Part shown: positions 10,049 to 20,064 of the stretch, one piece after another
How positions within the stretch are numbered: position 1 is the first letter of the stretch
How the letters are laid out: every line of letters starts with the position of its first letter
Origin: Acidobacteriota bacterium
Lineage (GTDB): Bacteria; Acidobacteriota; UBA890; WLXD01
Assembly (NCBI GenBank): GCA_963666215.2
Contig: CAXWPL010000004.1
Location: forward strand, 128,001-192,000
DNA length: 64,000 nucleotides
Reading direction: 5' to 3'
Made by a program: the position numbers and the translations under genes
The notes under the pieces: generated by a model
The model's database searches: none
The model's input: only the letters and a program-made list of their open reading frames with translations
Told to the model about the DNA's origin: nothing

Positions 10049-10300
10049 GTGTCGGGCGGTGAATTCAAGATCAAGGCCCGCTTGTCGGGCGTCTTCTATC
10101 GCTCGGCCGCTCCCGAGGCTCCTCCGTTCGTGGGAGTAGGATCCGAAGTGCCGCGACGCGGGACTGTTGCCCTACTGGAGTCGATGAAGCTGTTCACGAA
10201 GGTCAAGTCGCCGGAGGCCGGCACCGTGGTGGAAATTGTTGCGGCCGACGGTGAAGCCGTGGCGGTGGGAGACGTGCTGCTGCGGTTGCGAAGGACGTAA
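10049..10300 (+). CDS. accB: Biotin carboxyl carrier protein (minimal lipoyl/biotinyl domain)
   Basis: GVFYRSAAPEAPPFV..LLESMKLF..GTVVEI..GEAVAVGDVLLRL; MK biotin-attachment motif. Confidence 0.85.
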   Translation: MSGGEFKIKARLSGVFYRSAAPEAPPFVGVGSEVPRRGTVALLESMKLFTKVKSPEAGTVVEIVAADGEAVAVGDVLLRLRRT

Positions 10301-10361
10301 TACCTGCACCGGGTCGTGAACTCCGCGACCGGCGCGTCGGGCGCGACGTCGAGTAGGAGAA

Positions 10362-11135
10362 TTGTTGGCGAACAAAGCGTGGCACGATCTTTCCGGTAGA
10401 GTGGTGATGATCTACGGCGCAAGCCGGGGCCTCGGCCGCGAAGTGGCAGTCCACCTGGCGGGTGCCGGAGCGAGCGTGGCCTGCTGCGCGCGGAACCTCG
10501 AGGGGCTCGAGGAGACTGCATCGCGTGTCGCCGATGTGGGCGGAGAGGCCACGATCTTCCCCGTCGACGTCACGACGGAGGCGGCAGTGGAGGATCACAC
10601 CAACGCCGTCGCCGATCGTTTCGGACGCATCGACGTGGTCGTTTACTGCGCCGGAGTCATGCATGCCGCGCCCGCGCTCAGAACCTCCGACAGCGACTGG
10701 TCACGCGTCCTGAGCGTCAACCTGACGGGAGCGTTCGTTGCCGCACGCGCCGCCGCGAGGCACATGAAGGCGCATGGCGGCAGGATGATCCTCTTCGGCA
10801 CCGCCTTCGTCGGACGCGTGCTTCCTCTGACCGTCGCCTACAACGTCTCCAAGGCAGGACTCCACCAACTCGTGCGCAGCCTGGCCGTGGAGTGGGCCCG
10901 CTATTCCATCACCGTCAACGGCATCGCGCCGGGGTATTTCGACACCGAGATGCCCCAAGCTGTGCTGGGCGACCCTCAACTGCGCGACGCCGTGCTCGCG
11001 AGGATCCCGCTTCGTCGCGTCGGCGAACCAGGAGAAATCGGACCGCTGGTACATTACCTCGCTTCCGATGCTTCCTCATTCATGACGGGTGCCGTGCTGC
11101 GCATCGACGGCGGGCAGTCATTGAACGTCTCGTAA
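10362..11135 (+). CDS. Short-chain dehydrogenase/reductase
   Basis: GASRGLG; YNVSK (YxxxK); VNGIAPG; IDGG. Confidence 0.9.
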   Translation: MLANKAWHDLSGRVVMIYGASRGLGREVAVHLAGAGASVACCARNLEGLEETASRVADVGGEATIFPVDVTTEAAVEDHTNAVADRFGRIDVVVYCAGVMHAAPALRTSDSDWSRVLSVNLTGAFVAARAAARHMKAHGGRMILFGTAFVGRVLPLTVAYNVSKAGLHQLVRSLAVEWARYSITVNGIAPGYFDTEMPQAVLGDPQLRDAVLARIPLRRVGEPGEIGPLVHYLASDASSFMTGAVLRIDGGQSLNVS

Positions 11136-11179
11136 GGCTGACTCGACCGGCAGCCTAGTTATTCGAACCGGAGCGCCCT

Positions 11180-11804
11180 ATGGCAACTTCAACCGGAGAC
11201 GCTAAACAGAAGAAGCGTGACCGCTTCAACCGCAGACGCGATCTCATCATCGAAAAGGCGACTCAGGTATTCGGCCGCAAGGCGTTCCACGCCACCACTC
11301 TGGACGAGATCGCGGAGGAGCTCGGCGTCACGAAGGCTAGCCTCTACTACTACTTTTCTACCAAGGAGGGAGTTGCTGTACGCGGTTCTGCTGACATCGA
11401 TCGGAGAGCACCTGGAACTCGCCGACCGAGTGCTCGAGGAGAACCCCGACGCAGCCCCGGCCAAGAAGCTGGAACTGCTGATTGCCGAACACATGCGGTT
11501 GCTGGCGACCAAGTACGAACACGCATTTCTGCTCCAGCAGGAATACGAGCTTGCCGAGCCCCATCGCACGAAGATCGTCGATCTGCGCAAGGAGTACCAG
11601 GCACGGTTTTCCAGGGTCCTGCACGAAGGAGTCGAGAAACACAGTTTCCGGGTCAGAGACCAGAGCATCGCCGTCCTGATGATCCTCGGCTCGATCAACT
11701 GGTTCCTGCGCTGGTACCGGTCAGACGGGCGGTTCACGGTCGACGAAATCGCCCGGACCTTCGTCGACATGATCCTGCACGGCCTGCTGGCGAAAAACGC
11801 GTGA
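11180..11804 (+). pseudogene. TetR/AcrR-family regulator (KstR2-like C-terminus), split by a +1 frameshift at 11368-11370
   Basis: The HTH (TTLDEIAEELGVTKASLYYYFSTKE) is in one frame and ELLYAVL..ILGSINWFLRWYRSDG is in the next. Removing one G from AAGGAGGGAG restores KEELLY. This could be a sequencing error. Confidence 0.8.
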
Positions 11805-11847
11805 TGGCCAGGCATCTCGCACCGCCCGGCACGGGACGTTAGTCGGC

Positions 11848-13053
11848 ATGCGTGACGTGGTCTTCGCGAGTGCCGTGCGCCTACCCATCGGGCGCTACCT
11901 GGGCTCCCTGCAGTCCGTCAATACGGCGTTCATGGGCGAGGCGGTCGCGCGGGCCGCGCTGCAGCGGGCCGCTATCGACGGAGCCGCGGTCGACGCCGTG
12001 CTGATGTCGGAGACCTACCGCGGCGACCTGCCCGGCTGTTCTGCCCGACCGGTGGCGCTGCGCGCCGGGTTGCCGATCGAGGTTCCCGGTTTCAACCTCA
12101 ACATGCATTGCGGCACCGGGCTGCAGGCAATCGTCGTCGGTTCGCAGATGATCCGCTGTGGTGATGCCGAGGTGGTGCTGGTTGTCGCCATGGAGTCAAT
12201 GAGCCGCGCGGTGCACTTCCTGCGCGGCGCGCGGCAGGGGTTCCGGCTCGGCCACTCGACGCTGGTCGACCAGCTGGTGCAGAAGGGTGATCCGGCAAGG
12301 AACCCCGAGATCGATCCCACAGCAAGGCTGTCGATGGGAGAGACTGCCGAGAATCTGGCGGACAAATACGGGATCTCCCGGGAGCGACAGGACGAGCTGG
12401 CGCTGCGATCGCAGCGCCATGCCGCGCGCGCCCTGGAGGAGGGCCGTTTCACCGACCAGATCGTGCCGATCGACGTGCCACACGGCCGGCGCGAAACGCG
12501 GACCTTCGACACCGACGAGTATCCGCGCGCCGACAGCAGCCTCGAGAAGCTCGCCAGGCTTTCTCCTGTCTTCAGGTCGGAAGGAACCGTCACGGCCGGC
12601 AATTCCAGCGGTATGAACGACGGCGCCGCGGCCCTTGTGTTGATGTCGGCCGATCGTGCCAAGAGCTCGGGTTGCGAGCCGCTCGGCCGGTTCGTGGGCC
12701 ACGCGGCCGCCGGGGTTGCACCGGAGCAGATGGGCCTGGGCCCGGTGCCGGCGACGCGCCGGCTTCTCGAGCGCACCGGGTTGACGCTCGACCGCTTCCG
12801 CAGCATCGAGCTGAACGAAGCCTTTGCCGCCCAGGTTCTGGCCTGCTTCGAGGAGTACCCGGAGCTCGCGGAACGGCTCGAGATCATCAACGTCAACGGC
12901 TCGGGCATCTCGCTCGGGCATCCGATCGGCGCCACCGGCACCATCCTTGCGGTCAAGATGCTGCACGAGCTTCAGCGCATCGGTGGCGGCACGGGCCTCT
13001 GCACGATGTGCGTCGGCGGCGGGCAGGGCATCGCCGTGGCTCTCGAAGGATGA
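11848..13053 (+). CDS. Thiolase (acetyl-CoA C-acyltransferase)
   Basis: NMHCGTG; MGETAE; TAGNSSGMNDGAAA; NEAFA; GHPIGATG; CVGGGQG. Confidence 0.95.
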   Translation: MRDVVFASAVRLPIGRYLGSLQSVNTAFMGEAVARAALQRAAIDGAAVDAVLMSETYRGDLPGCSARPVALRAGLPIEVPGFNLNMHCGTGLQAIVVGSQMIRCGDAEVVLVVAMESMSRAVHFLRGARQGFRLGHSTLVDQLVQKGDPARNPEIDPTARLSMGETAENLADKYGISRERQDELALRSQRHAARALEEGRFTDQIVPIDVPHGRRETRTFDTDEYPRADSSLEKLARLSPVFRSEGTVTAGNSSGMNDGAAALVLMSADRAKSSGCEPLGRFVGHAAAGVAPEQMGLGPVPATRRLLERTGLTLDRFRSIELNEAFAAQVLACFEEYPELAERLEIINVNGSGISLGHPIGATGTILAVKMLHELQRIGGGTGLCTMCVGGGQGIAVALEG

Positions 13054-13748
13054 CCCACCGGAAGATGGAAGGACAGCCTCGAATCGGCCTGATTGGCGGC
13101 ACCGGCAACGAAGGGCAGGGCCTGGCGTTGCGCTTCGCCGCCGCCGGATTCCCGGTGATGATCGGATCGCGCGACGCTGCGCGGGCGCGCGATGTTGTCG
13201 CGGCATTGACGGAACGCGGCGGAAGCCCCGACATGGTGGGCAACGAAAACTCCGAGGTCATCGCCGCCTGCGACATCAACGTCCTCAGCGTGCCGTTCGC
13301 TCATGCGGCGGGTCTCCTCGACGAGCATGGCCACGCGTTCCGCTCGGGATCGCTCCTGATCGACGTGACCGTGCCGGTGAGCTTCGCGGCTGGTGCCGTG
13401 CGCTTCGTGGAGGTGCCGGAGGGGTCGGCGGCCGAGCAGATTCGCCAGCATCTTCCGAACGATGTCGGCCTGGCGGGAGCGCTGAAGACGCTTCCTGCCT
13501 TCCTCCTCGGCAAGACAGAGCGGACACTCGATTGCGATGCCTTCGTGTGTGGTGATTCACCCGAATCGAGACGCCGGGCGATCGAGATTCTCGACCAGTT
13601 GCCGGGCCTCAGGGCCGTCGATGCCGGTGACCTCGAGTCGGCCAGGACCCTCGAGCGGATGACTGTCCTGCTGATCAACATCAACCGTCGCTACAAGATC
13701 CACGATGGCCGGTTGCGGGTTCTCGGCCTGCAGCCAAGGCTCGGCTGA
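13050..13748 (+). CDS. npdG: NADPH-dependent F420 reductase (F420H2:NADP+ oxidoreductase)
   Basis: IGLIGGTGNEGQGLALRF..IGSR; EGSAAEQ; DAGDLESARTLERMTVLLININRRYK. ATGA overlap with the thiolase stop. Confidence 0.85.
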   Translation: MTHRKMEGQPRIGLIGGTGNEGQGLALRFAAAGFPVMIGSRDAARARDVVAALTERGGSPDMVGNENSEVIAACDINVLSVPFAHAAGLLDEHGHAFRSGSLLIDVTVPVSFAAGAVRFVEVPEGSAAEQIRQHLPNDVGLAGALKTLPAFLLGKTERTLDCDAFVCGDSPESRRRAIEILDQLPGLRAVDAGDLESARTLERMTVLLININRRYKIHDGRLRVLGLQPRLG

Positions 13749-13812
13749 CGTCGATCACCACACCAGCGCGCCGGGCTCGGACGAAAGCCCTGCGCCCGCC
13801 GCGGAGGACATC

Positions 13813-14604
13813 GTGAACGCCAACCCATACCGCAGCGTGCGCCTCGAACGCCACGGGCCGGTGCTCCACGTCGTGCTTGCGCGACCCGACGTGCACGACG
13901 CCTTCAACAACGACACGGTGCTCGAGCTCACCGACGTCTTTGGCGACGCCGCCGTGCAAGACGCCGTCCGCGTCGTGCTGATGCGCTCGACCGGCAAACA
14001 CTTCTCTGCCGGCGCGGACGTCAACTGGTTGAAGCGGGTTGGCGAGTCCAGCAGGGCCGAGAACATCGCCGACGCCGAACGTCTCCACGACATGCTGAAC
14101 GCCATCGCATGCTGTCCGAAGCCGGTCGTGGCGCGGGTGCAGGGCGCCGCCCTCGGGGGAGGCTGTGGCCTCGCCGCCGCGGCCGATATCGCGATCGCCT
14201 CGGAGCGCGCCTTCTTTGGCTTCACGGAAGTCAGGCTGGGCATCGCTCCGGCGGCAATCTCGCCGTTCGTGCTGCGCAAGATCCACACTGGCCGCGCGTT
14301 GCCGCTGTTCCTGACGGGGGTGAGATTCGACGCGAACCAGGCACTAGACTACGGGCTGGTGCACAGGGTGGTTGTCGAAGACGATCTCGACAACGCGGTC
14401 GCCGCGGTCATCGAGGACTTGCTGGCCGGCAGCCCGGCGGCGCTGGCCGCCGTCAAGCGGTTGGTCGAGGACATACGCGGCGCCTCGATCGACGAGGCGC
14501 GCCCGTTCACCACGCGCGCAATCGCCGACCTACGCGCCGGCGACGAGGGGCGCGAGGGTCTGTCGGCATTCCTCGAGAAGAGGAAGCCCGACTGGGCTCA
14601 GTGA
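13813..14604 (+). CDS. Enoyl-CoA hydratase/isomerase, methylglutaconyl-CoA hydratase-like
   Basis: LARPDVHDAF; FSAGAD; GAALGGGCGL; FTEVRLGIAPAAISPFV; EGREGLSAFLEKRKPDW. GTG start behind GGAGG. Confidence 0.88.
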   Translation: MNANPYRSVRLERHGPVLHVVLARPDVHDAFNNDTVLELTDVFGDAAVQDAVRVVLMRSTGKHFSAGADVNWLKRVGESSRAENIADAERLHDMLNAIACCPKPVVARVQGAALGGGCGLAAAADIAIASERAFFGFTEVRLGIAPAAISPFVLRKIHTGRALPLFLTGVRFDANQALDYGLVHRVVVEDDLDNAVAAVIEDLLAGSPAALAAVKRLVEDIRGASIDEARPFTTRAIADLRAGDEGREGLSAFLEKRKPDWAQ

Positions 14605-16547
14605 ACGCTCGGCAGGCAACCGCCAATCGCGCGCCCCACCCGTGAGCCCTCGGCGATTGCCTCGAGCGCGCTGCGCGGAGCGATCGCGTCGCCGATGACC
14701 TCGACACGCGACGCTACCGCCCGAATGCCCTCCAGGAGACGGGTGTCGGCCTTGGCTCCGGCGGCGACAACCACGGTGTCGACGCCACGGAAGGTCACGG
14801 GTGTGCCGTCGCGTTCGGCCTCGACGGAGCCGTTGTGGATGGCGAGGACCTTGGTCGACAGAACGACCTCCACCGGCAGGTTGGCGAACTCCCTCTCGAT
14901 GTGCCATTTCGCGTCGGGCGGCATTCCGTGCCCCCAACCCGGCAGCATCTCGAGCATCGTGACCGTGTGCTCCTGCTCTGCCAGCATGTGCGCCACCTCG
15001 GCGCCAACAGCCCCGCCGCCGAGCACGACGACACTCTTCCCGATCTGCGCGCGGCCTTGCAAGAAAGTGTCGGCCAGCACCACGTGCGGCCCATCCAGCC
15101 CCGGTATCGGTGGCTTCAGGGGCTCGGCACCGGCGGCAAACACGACCACGTCGGGTGCCAGCTCCACGACCAGCTCTGGCGCCACCGCGGTATTCAGCCG
15201 CATGTCGACACCGTGCTTGCGGCATTGGTCGACGAAGTAGTCGATGCCGACCGCGTACTCCTGCTTGTCGGGAGCCAGCGTGCCCAGATAAAGGCGCCCG
15301 CCCCAGTATGGCTCGCGCTCGCAGACAATGACGTCGTGGCCTCGCTGTGCCGCAACGCGGGCCGCCTCCAGCCCTCCGGGGCCGCCACCAACGACCAGCA
15401 CCCGTTGCAATCTCGCCGGAGGGTCCATCCGCAGCTCCAGCTCGAAGCCGGCCTCGGCGTTGAGCAGGCAAGCGGTCGCCCGGGTGTCGCGCGAAGGGTC
15501 GTGGCAGCCCTTGTTGCAACCGATGCAGATGCAGATGTCGTCCTGCTCGCCGCGCATGGCTTTGAGCGGAAAATCAGGATCGGAGATCAGCGGACGGCCC
15601 AGCGAGATCACGTCGGCGTCGCCCCGGACGAGGATCTCCTCGGCGAGCTCGGGCGTGCTGATGCGGCCGACGGTGCTGATCGGGATGTTGCACGCCGCTT
15701 TGACCGCCCGCGCCATTCCCGTGAAGCAACCGCGCGGCAGCGACATGTTGGGAACCGTGTAGTAGTAGGGAGCGACCCCAGCGGAGACGGCCACGAGATC
15801 GGCGCCCGCTCCTTCGAGCATGGCGGCGATGAGCGGTGTCTCGGCCGTCGTCAGCCCGTTGTCGGTGAACTCGTCGCCCGAGATCTTGACGGTGAGCGGA
15901 ATGTCGGCACCGACGACCTCACGTACGCGTCGTACGACGCGTACGATGAAACGGCCCCGGTTCTCCAGGCTCCCTCCGTACTCGTCGTCCCGGTCGTTGG
16001 CCCTGGGCGAGAGGAACTGCGCCGGCAGGTAGCCGTGTGCGCCGTGCACTTCGATGCCGTCGAAGCCGGCCTCCATCGCCCGCCGCGCTCCGTCCGCGTA
16101 CCACTCCACCGCGATCGCGATGTCCTCGTGAGTCATCGGCCGCGGCACCTGCAGCTTGATCGGGCACGGAACCGACGACGGCCCAATCAGCGGATGGCCG
16201 GTCACGCTCGTGTTGGTCTGCCGGCCGGCGTGGTGGAGCTGGATGGAGGCCACGGCGCCATGCTTGCGGATGGCGCTGGCGAGCCGGCTCAGGCCCGGGA
16301 TCAGCTGGTCGTCGTGGATGCCCAGTTGATTGCCGAAGGTACCCGACGGGTGTACGAACGCCGCGCCGACCACGATGTAGCCAACGCCGCCTGCCGCGCG
16401 CCGTTCATAGAAGGCGAGCTCGCGGTCGGTCACCGAGCCGTCGGCCGGCGCCATATGGCCCGACATGGCGGTCATCAGCATGCGGTTCTTGACCTCGCGG
16501 GGTCCGACCTGGATGGGGCTCACGAGCGTCGGGAACGGGGACGTCAC
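14598..16547 (-). CDS. NADH:flavin oxidoreductase (OYE / 2,4-dienoyl-CoA reductase / BaiH-like) with Fe-S and FAD domains
   Basis: QLHHAGR; GFDGIEVHGAHGYL; DEYGGSLENR; CIGCNKGC; VVGGGPGG. GTG start coupled to the aldolase stop. Confidence 0.92.
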   Translation of the reverse strand: MTSPFPTLVSPIQVGPREVKNRMLMTAMSGHMAPADGSVTDRELAFYERRAAGGVGYIVVGAAFVHPSGTFGNQLGIHDDQLIPGLSRLASAIRKHGAVASIQLHHAGRQTNTSVTGHPLIGPSSVPCPIKLQVPRPMTHEDIAIAVEWYADGARRAMEAGFDGIEVHGAHGYLPAQFLSPRANDRDDEYGGSLENRGRFIVRVVRRVREVVGADIPLTVKISGDEFTDNGLTTAETPLIAAMLEGAGADLVAVSAGVAPYYYTVPNMSLPRGCFTGMARAVKAACNIPISTVGRISTPELAEEILVRGDADVISLGRPLISDPDFPLKAMRGEQDDICICIGCNKGCHDPSRDTRATACLLNAEAGFELELRMDPPARLQRVLVVGGGPGGLEAARVAAQRGHDVIVCEREPYWGGRLYLGTLAPDKQEYAVGIDYFVDQCRKHGVDMRLNTAVAPELVVELAPDVVVFAAGAEPLKPPIPGLDGPHVVLADTFLQGRAQIGKSVVVLGGGAVGAEVAHMLAEQEHTVTMLEMLPGWGHGMPPDAKWHIEREFANLPVEVVLSTKVLAIHNGSVEAERDGTPVTFRGVDTVVVAAGAKADTRLLEGIRAVASRVEVIGDAIAPRSALEAIAEGSRVGRAIGGCLPSVH

Positions 16548-17401
16548 GATTCCTCCTGGCCGGTTGTCGGCCGTGGCGACTCTGCATCGCCGCCGAGGGT
16601 CTCGCGGACCATTTTCCGGCAGCCATGGAGGTAGATGCCGGCGTCCACCGACAGGCACATGTAGCGAACGCCGGTCCCGATCCAGTGCCGGGCACCTTCC
16701 GGGAAGTCCGCGTAGGTCCCGGCCGTCAGGCCGGCAGCGGTGATCGTGGTGACTGCTTGCGCCATGCGGTCCCGCACCCGGGGATCCCAGACCTGCGCCG
16801 GGATGCCAATCGCCTGCGAAAGGTCGTACGGACCGAGGAACACGATGTCGATGCCATCAACCCGGACGATCTCTTCGAGCTTCTGCACGCCCTCGAGGCC
16901 CTCCACCTGGATGGCCACCAGCGTCTCCCGATTGAGACGCTCGGTTACCGCGCCGCCGGCCGAGAAATAGCGGCCGGCGCGAGTATACGGCGACAGTCCC
17001 CGGCTTCCGAGAGGCGCGTAGCGGGCCGCTTCGACGACCGCCTCGGCCTGCTGCGGCGTCGATACGTGCGGCACCTGCACTCCGGCGGGCCCCAGATCGA
17101 GCGCTCGGAGGATGTCGACTGGATCACGAGCCGCTACCCGCACGACAGGGGCAATCCCGACACTGTCGGCAGTCCGGCACAGGTTCTCGATGACCGCCGG
17201 ATCCAGCGGCGCGTGCTCCATGTCGAGCACCAGGAAGTCGAACCCCGCCAAAGCGGCGATCTCGATCAGTGCCGGCGACGCCAGGTTGACGAACGGCCCG
17301 AGGACCGTAGCTCCACCCGCGAGCCGTTGCCGGAACGACAGGGAGTCCGCGACAGACGCGCCGGCCGGGCCTTCTGTTGGTGCGACCGAGCTGCGCGTCA
17401 T
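16544..17401 (-). CDS. HpcH/HpaI-family 2-keto-acid aldolase
   Basis: GFDFLVLDMEH; RYAPLGSRG; IQVE; FLGPYDLS. Confidence 0.9.
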   Translation of the reverse strand: MTRSSVAPTEGPAGASVADSLSFRQRLAGGATVLGPFVNLASPALIEIAALAGFDFLVLDMEHAPLDPAVIENLCRTADSVGIAPVVRVAARDPVDILRALDLGPAGVQVPHVSTPQQAEAVVEAARYAPLGSRGLSPYTRAGRYFSAGGAVTERLNRETLVAIQVEGLEGVQKLEEIVRVDGIDIVFLGPYDLSQAIGIPAQVWDPRVRDRMAQAVTTITAAGLTAGTYADFPEGARHWIGTGVRYMCLSVDAGIYLHGCRKMVRETLGGDAESPRPTTGQEES

Positions 17402-17586
17402 CGATCTACCCGAGAGTAAAATACGGAAGCCTCAGCCGGTGGGGCAGGCTTCACGGGCTCCCAAAGCCCCACGCTTGTTCCTCGCCGCTGCAAGACCACC
17501 GACCCGGCACGAACGCGTAGAGTGTACTCCAACTTTGACTCTCCAGTACAATTCCAGAGACTCCAAACAAGCGAGGCTCCGCTTCG

Positions 17587-18942
17587 ATGTTCACCCGCGT
17601 CATGGTGGCAAACCGCGGCGAGATCGCCGTTCGGATCATGCGTTCGCTGCGCGAGATGGGAATCGAGTCGGTGGCGGTTCACTCCGACACCGACGCCGAC
17701 TCGCTCCACGTGCACCTGGCCGACCAGGCGGTCGCGATCGGCCCTGGCCCGGCGGTCCAGAGCTATCTCAGTGTAGACGCTCTCCTGGATGCGGCGCGTA
17801 GGAGCGGCGCAACCGCAGTACATCCGGGCTACGGCTTCCTGGCCGAGAACGCCGGGTTCGCCGCCGCCTGCGAGGCACAAGGGCTGGCGTTCATCGGACC
17901 CACACCGGAGAACATCGCGCTCGCCGGAAACAAGCTCGTCGCCCGAAAGACCATGGCGGCGGCAGGGCTGCCGGTGGTTCCCGGCTCCGACGCGAAGATC
18001 GATGACCTCGATGACGCGAGGGCGGCCTGCAAGGAGGCCGGCTTCCCCGTGATGCTCAAGGCGGCCGCGGGAGGCGGTGGTCGAGGCATGCGCGTGCTGA
18101 CCGGCGAATCGGAGCTGGTCGAGGATTTCGCCATTGCCCGCGGTGAAGCCAACGCCGCTTTCGGCGATCCCACACTCTACCTCGAGAAGCTCGTCCCGGA
18201 AGCGCGCCACGTGGAAGTGCAGGTACTGGGCGACGGAACCGGCGCCGGCGTCCATCTCGGCGAACGCAACTGCTCGGTCCAGCGGCGCCACCAGAAGCTT
18301 GTCGAGGAGAGTCCGTCGCCCAGGCTCGGCGAGGACCTGCGCAGCGCTCTACACCGCGCTGCGCTCGACGCGGTGGCTGCCCTCAACTATCGGAACGCCG
18401 GCACCGTTGAGTTTCTGGTCGACCCCGACGACCGTTTCTACTTTCTCGAGCTCAACTCCCGCATCCAGGTCGAGCATCCGGTGAGCGAGTTGATCACCGG
18501 CGTCGATCTGGTCAAGGCCCAGCTGCGAATTGCCGCGGAGGAACGATTGCCGTTTCACCAGGGCGACATCACGTTCCGCGGCCACGCCATCGAGTGCCGC
18601 ATCAATGCCGAGGACCCCGACGACGATTTCCTGCCGCAGCCCGGGACCATCGTCAACTTCCGACCACCCGGAGGGTTCGGTGTAAGACTCGACACGCATG
18701 TGTACGCGGGCTACACGATGCCGATCTACTACGACTCGCTGCTGGGCAAGCTGCTGGCTCTCGGGGCGGACCGCGACGAGGCCATCGCCGTGATGTCGAG
18801 GGCGCTCGACGAGCTCGAGATCGGCCCGCTGCGCACCACAACGGCCTTCCTGCGCCGCGTGATGGACGAGCCCACATTCAGAGACGGGACCTACACCACG
18901 ACGCTCTGCCGCCGGATGCTGCCGGACCTCGAAGACGACTAG
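17587..18942 (+). CDS. accC: Biotin carboxylase subunit
   Basis: VANRGEIA; HPGYGFLAEN; KAAAGGGGRGMR; ERNCSVQRRHQK; RIQVEHPV; YDSLLGKL. Confidence 0.95.
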   Translation: MFTRVMVANRGEIAVRIMRSLREMGIESVAVHSDTDADSLHVHLADQAVAIGPGPAVQSYLSVDALLDAARRSGATAVHPGYGFLAENAGFAAACEAQGLAFIGPTPENIALAGNKLVARKTMAAAGLPVVPGSDAKIDDLDDARAACKEAGFPVMLKAAAGGGGRGMRVLTGESELVEDFAIARGEANAAFGDPTLYLEKLVPEARHVEVQVLGDGTGAGVHLGERNCSVQRRHQKLVEESPSPRLGEDLRSALHRAALDAVAALNYRNAGTVEFLVDPDDRFYFLELNSRIQVEHPVSELITGVDLVKAQLRIAAEERLPFHQGDITFRGHAIECRINAEDPDDDFLPQPGTIVNFRPPGGFGVRLDTHVYAGYTMPIYYDSLLGKLLALGADRDEAIAVMSRALDELEIGPLRTTTAFLRRVMDEPTFRDGTYTTTLCRRMLPDLEDD

Positions 18943-18989
18943 CTGTGTCTTCTCAGGAGGTTGTTCGTGTTGGCGGCGGCGTTTCATAC

Positions 18990-19062
18990 GCGCGGAGGCG
19001 AGGGGCAGCGGGCACCCTTCCCCCTGGCGGGAACGCAGGCGACCGTCCCCTGCCGCCCGCGC
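18990..19062. terminator. GC-rich imperfect hairpin between convergent genes
   Basis: GCGCGGAGGCGAGGGG...CCCCTGCCGCCCGCGC inverted repeat. Confidence 0.35.
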
Positions 19063-19068
19063 GGTCGG

Positions 19069-20064
19069 TCAGATCGATCCCGTCTCCGGCGTGCTTTCGG
19101 GGCCGGTCAGATCGCGATAGGCCTTGGCGGTGAAGCAGAGCCCCAGTGCCGCTCGTGTGGTCATGAACGTGGCATGGGCGGCGAGACTGAATGCCAGTAG
19201 GCGAGGCTCGTCGGCGTAGTCGCCGAAGAAGAAGATCCACGCCACCTGTGTGGTGCCCAGGTGGGCAACGGTAATCGGTAGGGCCGCCAGCATGAAGATC
19301 ACCGGCAGGAAGGTCAACAGCGCCAGGAACGGGATGTGAATGCCGAAGGCGCCGGCCGCCACGTAATGGAAACAGAGCGACGCGAAGAACATCGGCGCGC
19401 GCAGCAGGACGATCTGCAGATAGCGAGCCACCGGGGCAATCTTGAAGGTCCGGAACAGCGACCATTCGCGAGGGCCACCGGCAATCGAGGAGCTGCCGAG
19501 CCCGATGATCCGCCGAACGACCGTCCAGGGACTGAGCCCGGCCCGGGCGTACAGGAGGAAGAACAACCAGAAAACCGCCACCGCGGGTGGCACCCAGAAG
19601 AGCTTTTCGGGGATCCGCTCGTATCCCAGGACCATGCCCGCCGTGGCCCAGCCCAGCAAGTGTGTGTATTCGGTCAGCACCAGGAAGATCACCGTGCTCC
19701 CCAGCTGCAGGAACGGCGCCCTGACGCGACGCGACAGATAGGCCGCCAGGGCCCCGCGCGCCAGGTTGGTGTTGAACATCGCGACGACATAGGACGCAGC
19801 GCGGGCCGGCAGCATGTCGCGATAGCGGATCGGGCCGTGAAACCACCGGATGACGCAGGTCAGCACCAGCGTGTCCCAGCAGAAGTAGATCACCGAGTTG
19901 GGAATCATCAGCGCCAGGAAAACGCCGACGTCGGCCTCGCCCAGGGCCGACATGAGCCGCTCGAGAGGGATCCGCCTGAAGATGAACAGGAAGATCGCCG
20001 CGGTCACCAGGTACGGAACCAGGCGCTGCAGGAGGCGGATTCCGCGCTTCCGCGGCTGCTTCAC
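19069..20064 (-). CDS. Lysylphosphatidylglycerol-synthase TM domain (UPF0104, flippase-like) membrane protein
   Basis: Polytopic hydrophobic protein; LPITVAHLGTTQ resembles the P(S/T)xxGxGxxE motif of this family. Confidence 0.65.
   Translation of the reverse strand: MKQPRKRGIRLLQRLVPYLVTAAIFLFIFRRIPLERLMSALGEADVGVFLALMIPNSVIYFCWDTLVLTCVIRWFHGPIRYRDMLPARAASYVVAMFNTNLARGALAAYLSRRVRAPFLQLGSTVIFLVLTEYTHLLGWATAGMVLGYERIPEKLFWVPPAVAVFWLFFLLYARAGLSPWTVVRRIIGLGSSSIAGGPREWSLFRTFKIAPVARYLQIVLLRAPMFFASLCFHYVAAGAFGIHIPFLALLTFLPVIFMLAALPITVAHLGTTQVAWIFFFGDYADEPRLLAFSLAAHATFMTTRAALGLCFTAKAYRDLTGPESTPETGSI

Noticed and set aside
12672-13049. Long N-terminal extensions on npdG (also on 26315-27526, 54351-55937, 57631-58542 and 20061-21305)
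   Set aside because: They overlap upstream genes; coupled ATGA/GTGA or RBS-supported starts fit better.
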